DNA of 64,000 nucleotides, taken from NCBI GenBank assembly GCA_937129395.1, contig CAKZNE010000134.1:18196-82195 (forward strand), in the 5' to 3' direction. The DNA comes from an uncultured Cryomorphaceae bacterium (GTDB lineage Bacteria; Bacteroidota; Bacteroidia; Flavobacteriales; Schleiferiaceae). A model generated the notes under the pieces. It was not told the DNA's origin, made no database searches, and was given only the letters and a program-made list of their open reading frames with translations. The translations under genes were made by a program, and so were the position numbers. How positions within the stretch are numbered: position 1 is the first letter of the stretch; each line of letters starts with the position of its first letter. Below are positions 48,682 through 58,998 of the stretch, one piece after another.

Positions 48682-50190
48682 ATGATTAAACATTTTCTAA
48701 TCCTATGCTTTTTGTGCTTCTCCCTTTCGGGGATGTCTACGCATATTGTTGGAGGAAATTTAAAGGTGGAACAAGTTTCTAAAAATGGCTTTGTTGTGGA
48801 ACTGGCCGTTTTTAGGGATTGTGGAATTGGTGATCCAAACGATAGAACAGACGATCCGGTTGCTTTACAAAACTCAATTAATATTCGTGTTTATGACGCC
48901 CAAAGCTACGCGCTCGTTAACACTTACAACTTTAGTAGAGAAAGTGGTGAGGAAATAACTTTGGGAAATGCCTGTTACAGTCCGCCTAATTTATGTGTTG
49001 AAGAATATCATTTTACCCAGTCCATTAGTCTTTGGGATAACCCAAATGGCTATATCATTGCGGCTCAAACTTGTTGTAGAAATTTTTCGATTTTAAACCT
49101 AGTAGACCCTGGACAAACGGGTATTACTTGGCAAGCAAAAATCCCAGATCCCGCTATTTCAAAATTCAACTCCAGTCCTGTTTTGGGGCCCTACCCTTCG
49201 CTAGGGTTTTTATGTCTTTTAACCGATTTTGAAATTGATTTATCCGCCACTGACGATGATGGTGACAGCCTAGTTTACGAATTGGTTACTCCTTTAGACG
49301 GTGCTTCATCAGGAAACCAGAACCAAAATGGATTTTCTAACCCACCTTTTAAGATGGTAAATTGGAAACAGAATTATTCTACTTTAAATGCAATCCCAGG
49401 GAACCCTTCTCTAAAAATTGATAAACAAACAGGCTTGCTTAGTTGCCATGCGACTCAGCTTGGGGTTTATGTTTTTGCTTATAAGGTTAGCGAATTTAGA
49501 AATGGCCAAAAGATTGGCGAAATATACCGTGATCTACAGTTGGAGGTGTTGAACTGTACCCCTGCTTCTGAACCAGAAATTATAGAACCAAGTTTGGATG
49601 TTTATACCATGGAATCTACAGATGAGCTTTGCTTAAATCTTTATGCAACAGACGCCAACAATAACGACACCTTATATTTTGAAGCTATTTATTCTGGAAG
49701 TGTGATGGACTATACTGATGGTCCTGATCCCTTTTATACAATTGGAATTGGAAACACAAGCGGTGAAATTTGTTGGAAGCCAAAATGCCTTGGCCTAATT
49801 GGAAATCAAACCCTACATATTGAATTGCGTCTAACCTCTTTAGGATGTTATGCGCCCCAATATAAAACCAAGCATATTGATGTGATTATTGAAAACCCAG
49901 CAAAGGATATCAATACTTTATTTCCAAATGTATTTACGCCGAATGGGGATAATCAAAATGATTTCTTTAAACCCTCTGAAATTTCCGAAAGCGACTGCTT
50001 GGAGTTTTTGCAATATAAAATTTACAATCGCTGGGGAGAAATGCTTTTTGAAACAAAACAGAATTCTGCCTTCTGGGATGGAAAGTATGAAGGAAATCCT
50101 GTAAGTGAAGGGGTTTATTATTATGTGGCAAGCGGGAGCTATTTGGGAAAGAATTTCAACTTTTCAAGCCATATTACTTTGGTGAGGTAA
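48682..50190 (+). CDS. Secreted protein with T9SS type B C-terminal sorting domain (paralogue 4, shortest)
   Basis: Signal peptide, then THIVGGNLKVEQV; TCCRNFSILNL; TDDDGDSLVYEL. C-terminus FPNVFTPNGDNQNDFF..YNRWGEMLF..WDGKY..EGVYYY. Confidence 0.8.
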   Translation: MIKHFLILCFLCFSLSGMSTHIVGGNLKVEQVSKNGFVVELAVFRDCGIGDPNDRTDDPVALQNSINIRVYDAQSYALVNTYNFSRESGEEITLGNACYSPPNLCVEEYHFTQSISLWDNPNGYIIAAQTCCRNFSILNLVDPGQTGITWQAKIPDPAISKFNSSPVLGPYPSLGFLCLLTDFEIDLSATDDDGDSLVYELVTPLDGASSGNQNQNGFSNPPFKMVNWKQNYSTLNAIPGNPSLKIDKQTGLLSCHATQLGVYVFAYKVSEFRNGQKIGEIYRDLQLEVLNCTPASEPEIIEPSLDVYTMESTDELCLNLYATDANNNDTLYFEAIYSGSVMDYTDGPDPFYTIGIGNTSGEICWKPKCLGLIGNQTLHIELRLTSLGCYAPQYKTKHIDVIIENPAKDINTLFPNVFTPNGDNQNDFFKPSEISESDCLEFLQYKIYNRWGEMLFETKQNSAFWDGKYEGNPVSEGVYYYVASGSYLGKNFNFSSHITLVR

Positions 50191-50236
50191 AGCCATTTGA
50201 TTCCTATTTCTTATTTTCAAGCCCTTAAAATTCCAC

Positions 50237-50914
50237 ATGACTTATTTCGATCCAGACTTTCTAAACTTTTTTATTGAATTAGCCTCAAATAACCACAAAG
50301 ATTGGTTTGATGAAAACCGAAAACGATATGAAAAATCAGTAAAGAAACCCTTTGAAAATTTTGTGAATGCTCTAATTTTCGAAATCCAAAAAGATGATCC
50401 TTCCATCCAAATAAAAGCCAAGGACGCCATTTTTAGAATCAATAGGGATATTCGTTTTTCCAAGGACAAAACACCTTATAAAATGGACAGGACTGCAGCC
50501 ATTTCTCCAAAAGGAAGAAAGGACCATTCCGATCCTGGTTTTTATGTGAGTCTTGGTCCTGAAAAATTGATGGTTGGTGGCGGAGCTTATTTTCTACCAC
50601 CAGAAACTTTGCTAAAAGTGAGAAATTACATCATGGCGAATCCAATGGAATTTGAATCTACAATAAATGATAAAAGATTTAAATCTACTTATGGGGCTTT
50701 GAAAGGGGATGAGAATAAAAGATTGCCTAACAAAGAGCTAATGGCTGCTGCTCAAGATCAACCTTTGTTGATGCGCAAACAGTTTTATTATATGGCGGAA
50801 AGTGATTCCGATTTAATTTTAAGCGATAAATTGATGGATCATTGTTTAAAGCAATACGAGGATGGAAAAAAGATGAAAGGCTTTTTGAGAACCGCAATGG
50901 GAATGTCCACTTAA
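50237..50914 (+). CDS. DUF2461 (TIGR02453) family protein
   Basis: FFIELASNNHKDWFDENRKRYE.., IFRINRDIRFSKDKTPYK. Confidence 0.7.
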   Translation: MTYFDPDFLNFFIELASNNHKDWFDENRKRYEKSVKKPFENFVNALIFEIQKDDPSIQIKAKDAIFRINRDIRFSKDKTPYKMDRTAAISPKGRKDHSDPGFYVSLGPEKLMVGGGAYFLPPETLLKVRNYIMANPMEFESTINDKRFKSTYGALKGDENKRLPNKELMAAAQDQPLLMRKQFYYMAESDSDLILSDKLMDHCLKQYEDGKKMKGFLRTAMGMST

Positions 50915-51588
50915 TCCAAAATGTGAACCTCGGTTCTTCGGTTTTTTTGTCGGCCAATTTCAGTATTATTATCCGCAATAGGCTCACTTTCCCCATAACC
51001 TTTTGCCTTTAGTCTAGTGGCTTTTATTCCTTTGGATATTAAGTAATTCCTTACGGTTTCTGCCCTTTTTTGGGATAGGATTAGGTTTGGCTTTTCCTCT
51101 CCTACATCATCGGTATGGCCAGCGATTTCAATTTGTACATTTTCTTTTAATTCCAAATACTCAACTAATTCTTTCAACTCTAGGTAAGACTCCTTTTTAA
51201 GGCTAGCTTTTCCCGTTTCGAAATGAACGTTTTCAAGGGTAAAAGATTTGGCCGGTTCAAATTGGATATCAATAGTAAATGTCATCTTCTCCCCCTCCTT
51301 AATTTCTGGTATTGGAATGGTAGAATAATCTTCATCCTCCGAAAATCCTTTTATCTTAATTTCATAGGTGGTATTCCCTTTCAATTGAACCTCAAACTTC
51401 CCTTCTGAATTTGTAATTCCCTGAATCTCTGCATCAGAATCTACATCTTGGAATAAAATAATTTCGCCGCCTTTGATGTTGTTCTGAAAATCAGTTACCA
51501 AAACTATTGCCGTGGCTGTTTGGTTTTGAGCTATTGCTGAAAACGAAAAAATACAGCTGGCCAATATTGAAAAAAGAAAATTTCGCAT
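50911..51588 (-). CDS. OmpA-family peptidoglycan-associated protein
   Basis: Signal peptide, beta-sandwich N-domain. C-terminal IEIAGHTDDVG..LSQKRAETVRNYL..GYGESEPIADN..NRRTEV. Confidence 0.8.
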   Translation of the reverse strand: MRNFLFSILASCIFSFSAIAQNQTATAIVLVTDFQNNIKGGEIILFQDVDSDAEIQGITNSEGKFEVQLKGNTTYEIKIKGFSEDEDYSTIPIPEIKEGEKMTFTIDIQFEPAKSFTLENVHFETGKASLKKESYLELKELVEYLELKENVQIEIAGHTDDVGEEKPNLILSQKRAETVRNYLISKGIKATRLKAKGYGESEPIADNNTEIGRQKNRRTEVHILD

Positions 51589-51655
51589 TTTAGAGAATAA
51601 GTTGGTTTTGATTACTAACGGTGAGATCTATAAAAAATTTAAGCCTTTTAAATAC

Positions 51656-52261
51656 TTAATCCCTGTCAATCCAAAAAATGGTTTTCTCCTTATACATTTT
51701 TAGCAATTCTGCTTTTGTTTTTGGGAAATAATAATTTTTATAATTCGCTTCCTTATCCAAATGATCCACCTTATCCTTATTTTCTGTTTTGAATTTATTT
51801 GGAGAAATATAAACTGTATCGGCATCCACCTCAATTACTTTGTAGGTAGACATTGTTTTGTCCTCTTTATAATATCCATAAACATCATTGGCCTCTGGAT
51901 TCGCCAATAATTCTAAGTTTTTAGTGTCTTGCCTGTCCGATACTATTTCGGTGATACTAATGTTGATTAGAACAATGATAAGTCCAATAAAAGCCCAAAC
52001 AGGAATCCCTTTGCTCGATTTTACATTCCTTACTTCTAACTTTATCGCCCTAGTTTGATCTTTTTTTAGTACCTCCTTTTTGCAATTATAGCAAAGAACC
52101 TCTGCCCATTTTTGAAATGCAAAAAACGGAATCAACAATATGGCGAGATACCTAAAGTAGCTGCTTATTCTTATTCCATCGGTATTTTCACAATGAGGAC
52201 ATGGAAGATGTGAATACTTTTTTTCTTGAAGTTTTTTCTTCCTAAAATGCGGGATGATCAT
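51656..52261 (-). CDS. Membrane protein with split zinc-ribbon (CPHC..CYNC)
   Basis: CPHCEN..TM..CYNCKK, second TM, soluble C-terminal domain. Starts 5 nt after the TerC stop. Confidence 0.5.
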   Translation of the reverse strand: MIIPHFRKKKLQEKKYSHLPCPHCENTDGIRISSYFRYLAILLIPFFAFQKWAEVLCYNCKKEVLKKDQTRAIKLEVRNVKSSKGIPVWAFIGLIIVLINISITEIVSDRQDTKNLELLANPEANDVYGYYKEDKTMSTYKVIEVDADTVYISPNKFKTENKDKVDHLDKEANYKNYYFPKTKAELLKMYKEKTIFWIDRD

Positions 52262-52266
52262 ACAGA

Positions 52267-53031
52267 TTAGCCTTCCTTATTCGCCTCCTTAAGTATCTTT
52301 TTCTGAAACCTTCCCTGAACGATATCAACAACCACTAAAATAAATATCACAAAGTAAAATGTGGTTTTACTCATCGGGGTAATATGGTTGCCAAAGAAAC
52401 TAAGGTGAGCCAAATGTCCTCCTTCACTGATTAGCATTACACCCACAAGAAAAAGGATAAACAAACCCAGGATTTCATACAATCGGTTTTTGGCTAGAAA
52501 TTTTGAAACTCCATTGGAAAGCCACATCATCATTATTCCGCTAATTACAATTGCCGTAGCCATAACCCAAAACACATCGGTTAAAGCCATTGCTGATAAA
52601 ATGGAATCAAAAGAAAAAATGATATTCATTAAAACAATCATTACAATCACCTTGGTAGAAGAGGTTTTTTCGGTTTTTGCCTCGCCATGTTCCTCTAAAT
52701 AAACCAAATGAAATATCTCCTTAACAGCGGTGTATAAAATAAAAATACCACCAAAGAGAACGATTAAACTATGGCCATTAAAAGAACCTTCCATCCAAGA
52801 AATATTGCTTATTTCAAAAAGAGGGTCCTGAAAATACTGGATTAAATGAACCAAAACATATAAAAGTATGATTCGCAAAACAATGGCAATTCCAATCCCT
52901 ATTTTTCTTACCCTAGCCTGATCTTCTAAAGGAGCTCTCTTGGACTCTAAGGAAATATAAAGGAGATTATCAAATCCCAAAACTGCTTGTAATAGAATAA
53001 GCATGAAAAGGGTGAGAATATTTTCGGCCAT
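52267..53031 (-). CDS. TerC-family integral membrane protein
   Basis: LQAVLGFDNLLYISLE and second SFDSILSA half-repeat; ~7 TM. Confidence 0.7.
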   Translation of the reverse strand: MAENILTLFMLILLQAVLGFDNLLYISLESKRAPLEDQARVRKIGIGIAIVLRIILLYVLVHLIQYFQDPLFEISNISWMEGSFNGHSLIVLFGGIFILYTAVKEIFHLVYLEEHGEAKTEKTSSTKVIVMIVLMNIIFSFDSILSAMALTDVFWVMATAIVISGIMMMWLSNGVSKFLAKNRLYEILGLFILFLVGVMLISEGGHLAHLSFFGNHITPMSKTTFYFVIFILVVVDIVQGRFQKKILKEANKEG

Positions 53032-53053
53032 GATTCGGTTTTTGGTTCTGTCG

Positions 53054-53061
53054 CAAAACTA
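53054..53061 (-). promoter_or_regulatory. -7 box TAGTTTTG (TerC operon)
   Basis: Plus strand CAAAACTA, 23 nt upstream of ATG 53031. Confidence 0.45.
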
Positions 53062-53091
53062 CTATTATTCAATTGGACAAAAAGCTATTTC

Positions 53092-53099
53092 TATATTTG
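53092..53099 (+). promoter_or_regulatory. -7 box TATATTTG (DinB-like gene)
   Basis: Exact match 20 nt upstream of ATG 53119; a TTG lies at 53073-53075. Confidence 0.45.
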
Positions 53100-53118
53100 A
53101 AAAAAATGAATCTTCATT

Positions 53119-53772
53119 ATGAAAAAATACAGCCTTGCAAGCCTCCTTATTATTGGAGTTTCTTTTCTTTCATTTTCCTTCTTCCAACACGATAAAGGTG
53201 CTAACTCCACAAAATTAAAATCCATTCTAAATATGTCTGATTCTCTTTATTATAGCGAAATTCCCCAAGCTCCAGATAACTATTCTGGTGCAAATATTTT
53301 GGCAAGAACGGTGGACGGGTTGGGTTATCGTTTTTATTGGGCAACGGAAGGATTAGATGACAAAGCTTTAGATTTTGATCCCGGAAACGGTAACCGGAGC
53401 CCGAGGGAAATGATGGATCATTTTGTGATTCTTTCGGAAATGGTACTCAATGGGCTTTCCCAAAAAGTAAATATCAGGCCACGACCAAAAGTGGAAGGCG
53501 GCTTTATTGAAAAAAGAGAAACCACTCTTGGCAATCTTTGGAAGGCCAGCCTAATTTTAAGGCAAATGGAAAAGGGGGAATTGGAAAAATGCAAACTTGT
53601 TTTCCAAAGAGAAAGCGGAAAAACCGAAATGCCTTTATGGAATTTAATTAATGGACCCTTAAGCGATGCGATTTACCACACAGGACAAATTGTTTCCCAA
53701 AGAAGATCGGCCGGAAACCCTATTCATCCTGGGGTTAGTGTATTAAAGGGGAAAACTAATTTGAATAAATAG
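53119..53772 (+). CDS. Secreted DinB-like helical-bundle protein (tentative)
   Basis: Signal peptide; MMDHFVILSEMV and AIYHTGQIVSQRR resemble DinB-superfamily His motifs. Weak assignment. Confidence 0.35.
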   Translation: MKKYSLASLLIIGVSFLSFSFFQHDKGANSTKLKSILNMSDSLYYSEIPQAPDNYSGANILARTVDGLGYRFYWATEGLDDKALDFDPGNGNRSPREMMDHFVILSEMVLNGLSQKVNIRPRPKVEGGFIEKRETTLGNLWKASLILRQMEKGELEKCKLVFQRESGKTEMPLWNLINGPLSDAIYHTGQIVSQRRSAGNPIHPGVSVLKGKTNLNK

Positions 53773-53778
53773 ACGCTT

Positions 53779-54816
53779 TTATTCCTTTCTAAATTTCAAA
53801 GACTTAGTGGGATTATCCTTGAATCGAATAAAGTAATATCCTGTTTTTAGGTCCTTTAAATCGTATTCCTTTTGTTCCGAAGCCTCAAATTCTCGAACCT
53901 TAATTCCCAACAGATTGTAAATTTCCAAACCTTGATGAGATTGGCTGTCCATTTCAAATTTAAGGATGTCCTGAACTGGATTTGGGTAAACGGAAACCGC
54001 TTCTTGTTCAAATTCTTGAAGAGAGGTTTTATTGTCACAGGAATCGTTTTTTAGATAGTCGTACTCACCAATTCCCCATTTTGGCAAACTATCGAAAACC
54101 ACCAATTTTACAGCTCTTTTAATTTTATCGGCGGTTGTGTCTGGAATCATATAGTTTTTGGTAACCGGAGTGGGATCTTTTCTAAAAATAGAAGTGTAAA
54201 AGCACATCCCAATAGCGTAGGAACCTTCAAAGGAAGGGTGACTTTCATCTGGTTGGTAGAGTTCAATGTCTGGGTGATGCTCACGAATATATCTCCAAAC
54301 TGCACCAACCGGGGAAACCTCAGATTGGTTCATTTGCGCCATGGTACGATAACGCAGTTGAAGCAAACTATCCATTCCTAAATAAGTTGCCGGATAGGGC
54401 CAAGAAGTTGAACCAAAACCGCCGTTTTTTCGTCCCCAAGTCATATAAAAAAGTACCGTTGCACAAGGGTTGTAATCTTTACAAAGGGAATCTACTGCAC
54501 GAGGAATATCATAGTTGTAATTCATTACTGTTGGAAACAAACTTTGATCCTGTAAAACCACATAATCCCAATTTCCAATCGAAAGTTTTTGCAAGGAAAC
54601 AGCATTGGAATAATGCCCACCCATGGTATATCCCCCTGGTGCATTTAAATCGTAGTTTAATGTATCGCCAACAGAAAGCGCAATCAATTGAACGATCTGC
54701 GGCATATTGTTGGAATAGGTATAGCTATTTCCTAAAAACAGTGCGCTTTTAGTTTGACTTTGACCAATTCCTTGTAATGAAGGAAATAGAAAAATTAGGA
54801 ATAATAGATTTTTCAT
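53779..54816 (-). CDS. SGNH/DUF4886-like hydrolase with T9SS type A (Por_Secre_tail) C-terminal domain
   Basis: ALFLGNSYTYSNNMPQ N-terminal block. C-terminus VSVYPNPVQDILKFEM..LEIYNLLGIKV..LKTGYYFIRF. Confidence 0.6.
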   Translation of the reverse strand: MKNLLFLIFLFPSLQGIGQSQTKSALFLGNSYTYSNNMPQIVQLIALSVGDTLNYDLNAPGGYTMGGHYSNAVSLQKLSIGNWDYVVLQDQSLFPTVMNYNYDIPRAVDSLCKDYNPCATVLFYMTWGRKNGGFGSTSWPYPATYLGMDSLLQLRYRTMAQMNQSEVSPVGAVWRYIREHHPDIELYQPDESHPSFEGSYAIGMCFYTSIFRKDPTPVTKNYMIPDTTADKIKRAVKLVVFDSLPKWGIGEYDYLKNDSCDNKTSLQEFEQEAVSVYPNPVQDILKFEMDSQSHQGLEIYNLLGIKVREFEASEQKEYDLKDLKTGYYFIRFKDNPTKSLKFRKE

Positions 54817-54845
54817 AGTTCAGATTCTGAGTGAAAAAATATGTT

Positions 54846-55259
54846 TTAGATTCTTTCAAATTTATGGGTGCAGCCTTCAATACATGGAAAGCGGACCAAT
54901 AGTTTTCCGTTTTCCAATTCGTAAGTCATGTTGAAGTTGTTTGGGCAATTAATTTTTTGGGTGCTTATAGAAAATGTGCTGTTGGACGCAGTTCCTGTAT
55001 CTGTAGAAAGGGAGCAAATTTCTCCATTGGAAAGTAGTGTACCATCGACCAAAAATTCGAAGGTTTTACCACTGTTTGTAGGTTCGTAGTTTCCGCTTCC
55101 ATCGCCGGGATCGGAATAGGTTTCAATTAATTTCCACTTACCATAAACTGTTGTGGGGCTGGGTTCTGAAGGCAGCTCAATTTGCTTTTCTGTTTTGGTG
55201 CAAGAGATCATAAAAACAAGAAGGGCAAGGCTCAAAATCTTCTTCATAGGTTGGGTCAT
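54846..55259 (-). CDS. Small lipoprotein (lipocalin-like)
   Basis: Lipobox LLVFMISC; YGKWKLIE motif. Start could be the second Met at 55247. Confidence 0.5.
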   Translation of the reverse strand: MTQPMKKILSLALLVFMISCTKTEKQIELPSEPSPTTVYGKWKLIETYSDPGDGSGNYEPTNSGKTFEFLVDGTLLSNGEICSLSTDTGTASNSTFSISTQKINCPNNFNMTYELENGKLLVRFPCIEGCTHKFERI

Positions 55260-55304
55260 TTTTACTAAACATTTGATGCCTAAAAAGGAGAAAAAGTTGC
55301 GCCT

Positions 55305-56048
55305 TTATAAAAAAAGAGTCTTTCTTAACTGAGGAGTATAACTTTGGCTAGCTTTGAATTCCGTTTGGGAAATGTCGGCCATTATAAAGATCAAACTGGC
55401 TTTAGAGCCCTTTCTTATTTCCTTAATATACTTTCTGTTTATTAATACACTACGGTGCAATCTAATAAAGTCCGAACCTAGCTTTTCGTCATATTCAGTA
55501 AGGGATCCGGTATGTAAATGGCTTTTCCCTTTTATGTCGGTAATGCTTAGGTATTTGTCTTCCGCTTTAATAAAAACAATGTCTTTGGTGGGCAACAAAT
55601 ACAAGCGATCTCCGATGCTTATGGTAACGGTTTCTATAGCAGGTTGGGTGAGTTGTTTTAATAAATTTTCAATGTTTTGACTTTTAGCTTCGACCTCCAA
55701 ACTTCTCAGTTTATCTATGCTTTTTGCCAATCTTTTTTCTTCGATGGGTTTTAATAAATAGTCGATGGAATTTTCCTCAAAGGCTTTTATGGCGTATTGA
55801 TCAAAGGCTGTGGTGAAGATAATTTTGGGTTGGTTTTTTAGTTTTTTCAGCATTTCAAAACCGTTTAAAACTGGCATCTGAATATCTAGAAAAACCAAAT
55901 CTGGATTTAATTCTTCAATGGCATGAAGACCTTCTTCCCCATCGCTGGCCTCTCCAATTATTTCAATGTAATTGCTAAAGTTTTGCAATAGTTTCTTCAA
56001 CCTGGTTCGGGCCAAAGCTTCATCTTCTACAATTAAACATTTATACAT
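55305..56048 (-). CDS. LytTR-family response regulator
   Basis: MYKCLIVEDE..DLVFLDIQMP receiver and a C-terminal LytTR domain (IVFIKAEDKYLSI..FIRLHRSVLIN). ATG 56048 overlaps the kinase stop by 8 nt. Confidence 0.85.
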   Translation of the reverse strand: MYKCLIVEDEALARTRLKKLLQNFSNYIEIIGEASDGEEGLHAIEELNPDLVFLDIQMPVLNGFEMLKKLKNQPKIIFTTAFDQYAIKAFEENSIDYLLKPIEEKRLAKSIDKLRSLEVEAKSQNIENLLKQLTQPAIETVTISIGDRLYLLPTKDIVFIKAEDKYLSITDIKGKSHLHTGSLTEYDEKLGSDFIRLHRSVLINRKYIKEIRKGSKASLIFIMADISQTEFKASQSYTPQLRKTLFL

Positions 56049-57162
56049 TTTCCAATCCTTTTTTGTTTTGGTCGAGCTTGATAAAAACATTTTTATTGGC
56101 GCCATTTAGGAACTTCAATTCATGTCCATTTGGGTATAAAAGTTTTAGTTTATCGTGGGTACTTTTTAAACCATAGCCTAAAATTTTAGGCTCAGGAAAA
56201 TCCGCGCCATTGTCAAAAACTCGAATTTCTAAATCCCCATTTTCTTTTTTTATCTGAACCTTTAGTTTTCCATTTTTTATTTTAGATAAGGCGTGCTTTA
56301 CAGCATTTTCCACCAAGGGTTGTAAAAGGAATCTCGGAATTTTTTCGTGGATTAAATCTTTATCTACTTCCAGTTCATAAATCAAATTATCTCCAAACCT
56401 CACTTTTTCGATCTCCAAATAAATTTTTACAATATTCAGTTCTTCTTCAATATCTACAAAGTGGGTTTCTTGAGAATTTAGGCTATAGCGGAAAAGCTCT
56501 GAAAGTTTTACCACCATATTCTCTGCTCCTTCTGGGTCTATGGAAATTAAACTGGCAATGGAATTAAAAGAATTGAATAAAAAATGGGGATTAATCCGCG
56601 ATTGTAAAGCATGCAATTCCGCTTGAACCTTTAATTGGATGAGTTTTTCTTGCTCTATTTCCTTTTCTATTAATTTCTCTTTGAGCTTGTTTAACCTTTT
56701 CCTCCAAATAAAAATAGGGGGACCAATTAATAGCGCCATAAAACTATAGGACACCACATTGGTCCAAAAAGGATCTATTTCATAAAAACCAAGATTTATA
56801 ACATCATCATCTACATAACCAAAAGATGCGTAGGTAAACTCCAAGCAAGTGCTTACAATCGCAACTCCAAAAACGGCCAAAAGCACCTTTACAAAAATCG
56901 ATTTTGCTCCTTTTAGATTTTGGCTATTAAGAAACCAAGTTCCTAAAAAAACGGCGTTTATTGCTGCAAGGGGAAGAACGATTAAATCTGTCATCCACGC
57001 AATTTCACTACCGTCGATAGTAAGTCCTAATTCTGGGACAGTAAGGTGGATTATTATTTCAAAAAGAAGATTGAGGCCAATAATCACTAAGATTATTGGC
57101 CCCTGCTTTTTATGTTGTAAAATCCACTCTTGGGAAAAACTTTGCTTTTCGATGCTTTTCAA
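56041..57162 (-). CDS. Membrane sensor histidine kinase, LytS/YehU type (TTG start)
   Basis: ~5 N-terminal TM helices, RINPHFLFNSFNSIASLI (His_kinase PF06580-type), HATPase region LLQPLVENAVKHA. Confidence 0.8.
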   Translation of the reverse strand: MKSIEKQSFSQEWILQHKKQGPIILVIIGLNLLFEIIIHLTVPELGLTIDGSEIAWMTDLIVLPLAAINAVFLGTWFLNSQNLKGAKSIFVKVLLAVFGVAIVSTCLEFTYASFGYVDDDVINLGFYEIDPFWTNVVSYSFMALLIGPPIFIWRKRLNKLKEKLIEKEIEQEKLIQLKVQAELHALQSRINPHFLFNSFNSIASLISIDPEGAENMVVKLSELFRYSLNSQETHFVDIEEELNIVKIYLEIEKVRFGDNLIYELEVDKDLIHEKIPRFLLQPLVENAVKHALSKIKNGKLKVQIKKENGDLEIRVFDNGADFPEPKILGYGLKSTHDKLKLLYPNGHELKFLNGANKNVFIKLDQNKKGLENV

Positions 57163-57171
57163 ACTGTAAGC

Positions 57172-58998
57172 TTATTTTTTAGGAACTCTAAAATTGCCAT
57201 TCGGTTGCATAAATGTTAAGGCGCTTACCTTACCTTCTTTTACCTCAAATTGTACGGAGTATCCATCCAACCCTTCCAAAACAAATTTATCATTACCCGC
57301 GGCAAGAAGACTATATTCTGGTTGACCAGGAACGTTTAATTTTAGGCCATCATCTTTAATAAAAACCTTAGCAGATGCACCGCCTAAATCGTATTCTCCC
57401 AAATACTTTTCTAAGTCGGAAGTCTCCATTTTCACTTCTTCCAATTGTCTTTTAAATAAGATGGGGTCTAATCTAGATTCTACACTTATTCTAAATCCTT
57501 CTATTTCTCCAGCTAAGTTTGTGCTGAAATTAAACATCAATCCACCACCAGAAGAATTGGTATCTACTTCTTCGCCAGCTTCTATAGGTTCGAAAATATC
57601 GTAATGAAAATGGTTTAGGTACCAAAGCTCATTTGGAAGTTTGGCAAACAGGGAATCACCTTTAATCATAACTCTTAATTTTCCATACCCTGGGTGGGAA
57701 AACAGCCCTACATAATCTTCTTTTTTATGGGATGGCTTGCTGTCTTTTACTCTAATGGAACTCGCTTCGGGTTCGTTGATTTCCTCCTTGTTTTTTGCGG
57801 ATTTCTTTTTGGCTTTTTCGGCTTTCAATAAACCTTCTTCCCATTCTACAGATTTTAATCCCAGCATTTTATCTGCAATAATATTTCGCACCAACGAAGG
57901 CACTCCAGAACCATTTTGGTTTACTAAAACTATAATTCCAATACTGTCATTTGGGAAAAAACAAACATTAGCCGAAAAGCCATTAATATTTCCGCCATGC
58001 TCCACTCTTACATGACTATTGTATGATTTTAAAAACCACCCAAAACCATAATTTCCAAAATTGTAATTGGGTCTTTTCGCCCCTGAAGTAGTTGAGGAGG
58101 CAATCATTTGGGAACTAATAGCCTCTCTTCTATAAGCCTCTGGAATAACTTGGTTTCCTTCAAACATTCCATTATTGATCCAAGCCATGGTCCAATTCGC
58201 CATTTCCATAACATTACTGTTGATACTTCCTGCGGGTGCCATTCCTCTAATGCGGTAATAATCTTCGTTTACAATTCCTTTTTTACTAGAGTAGGTATAG
58301 CCTTTAGCGATATTATCCACCTTCAATAATTCATCAATATGAAGGTTGGAATTTGCCATTTTTAAAGGCTTAAAAATTTGATCTCTGATATTTTCCTCCC
58401 AGGTTTTCCCTGTAATTTTCTCACCTAAAGAACCAGCGGCCAAATACATAAAGTTATTGTACTGAAAACCTTCCCGAACCGATAGTGTTGGTTCGTGATA
58501 TTGGATTCTCGCCAACAAACTATCTCTGGAATCGCTTGGAAACATATACCAAGAAATATCATGTCGAGGCAAACCCGTTCTGTGGGACAATAAATCTCTT
58601 ACCGTTATGGACGAATTCATTTGTGGGTTGTAAAACTTCAATTCGGGCATATAATCCCTAGGACTCGCATCCAAATCAATTTTATCCTCCTCTTGTAACT
58701 GACCCAAAATGGCTCCTGTAAAAGCTTTAGTACAAGATCCTATAGCAAACAGTGTTTGGGTATCTACAGGTTTTTTGTTTTCATAATCCTTAAAACCAAA
58801 ACCCTTTGCATAAATGATTTTGTTCTTTTCCACCACCGCAACCGCCATACCCGGACAATTGGAAAGTTCCATTACTTTTTGCAGTCTTTTATCCAGCTTG
58901 GATACTTTTTTACTGTTTTGAGCTAGGCCAGAAAATGCGAGCAAAACCCCCACTAAGCTTAGGGCCATTTTACTGATCTTATTGATTCGATAATTCAT
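57172..58998 (-). CDS. Beta-lactamase-fold serine hydrolase (class C/DD-peptidase-like) with C-terminal extra domain
   Basis: Signal peptide; SxxK = GSCTKAF; YNN = FQYNNF. Long C-terminal domain after a Lys-rich linker. Stop lies 9 nt before the kinase start. Confidence 0.75.
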   Translation of the reverse strand: MNYRINKISKMALSLVGVLLAFSGLAQNSKKVSKLDKRLQKVMELSNCPGMAVAVVEKNKIIYAKGFGFKDYENKKPVDTQTLFAIGSCTKAFTGAILGQLQEEDKIDLDASPRDYMPELKFYNPQMNSSITVRDLLSHRTGLPRHDISWYMFPSDSRDSLLARIQYHEPTLSVREGFQYNNFMYLAAGSLGEKITGKTWEENIRDQIFKPLKMANSNLHIDELLKVDNIAKGYTYSSKKGIVNEDYYRIRGMAPAGSINSNVMEMANWTMAWINNGMFEGNQVIPEAYRREAISSQMIASSTTSGAKRPNYNFGNYGFGWFLKSYNSHVRVEHGGNINGFSANVCFFPNDSIGIIVLVNQNGSGVPSLVRNIIADKMLGLKSVEWEEGLLKAEKAKKKSAKNKEEINEPEASSIRVKDSKPSHKKEDYVGLFSHPGYGKLRVMIKGDSLFAKLPNELWYLNHFHYDIFEPIEAGEEVDTNSSGGGLMFNFSTNLAGEIEGFRISVESRLDPILFKRQLEEVKMETSDLEKYLGEYDLGGASAKVFIKDDGLKLNVPGQPEYSLLAAGNDKFVLEGLDGYSVQFEVKEGKVSALTFMQPNGNFRVPKK

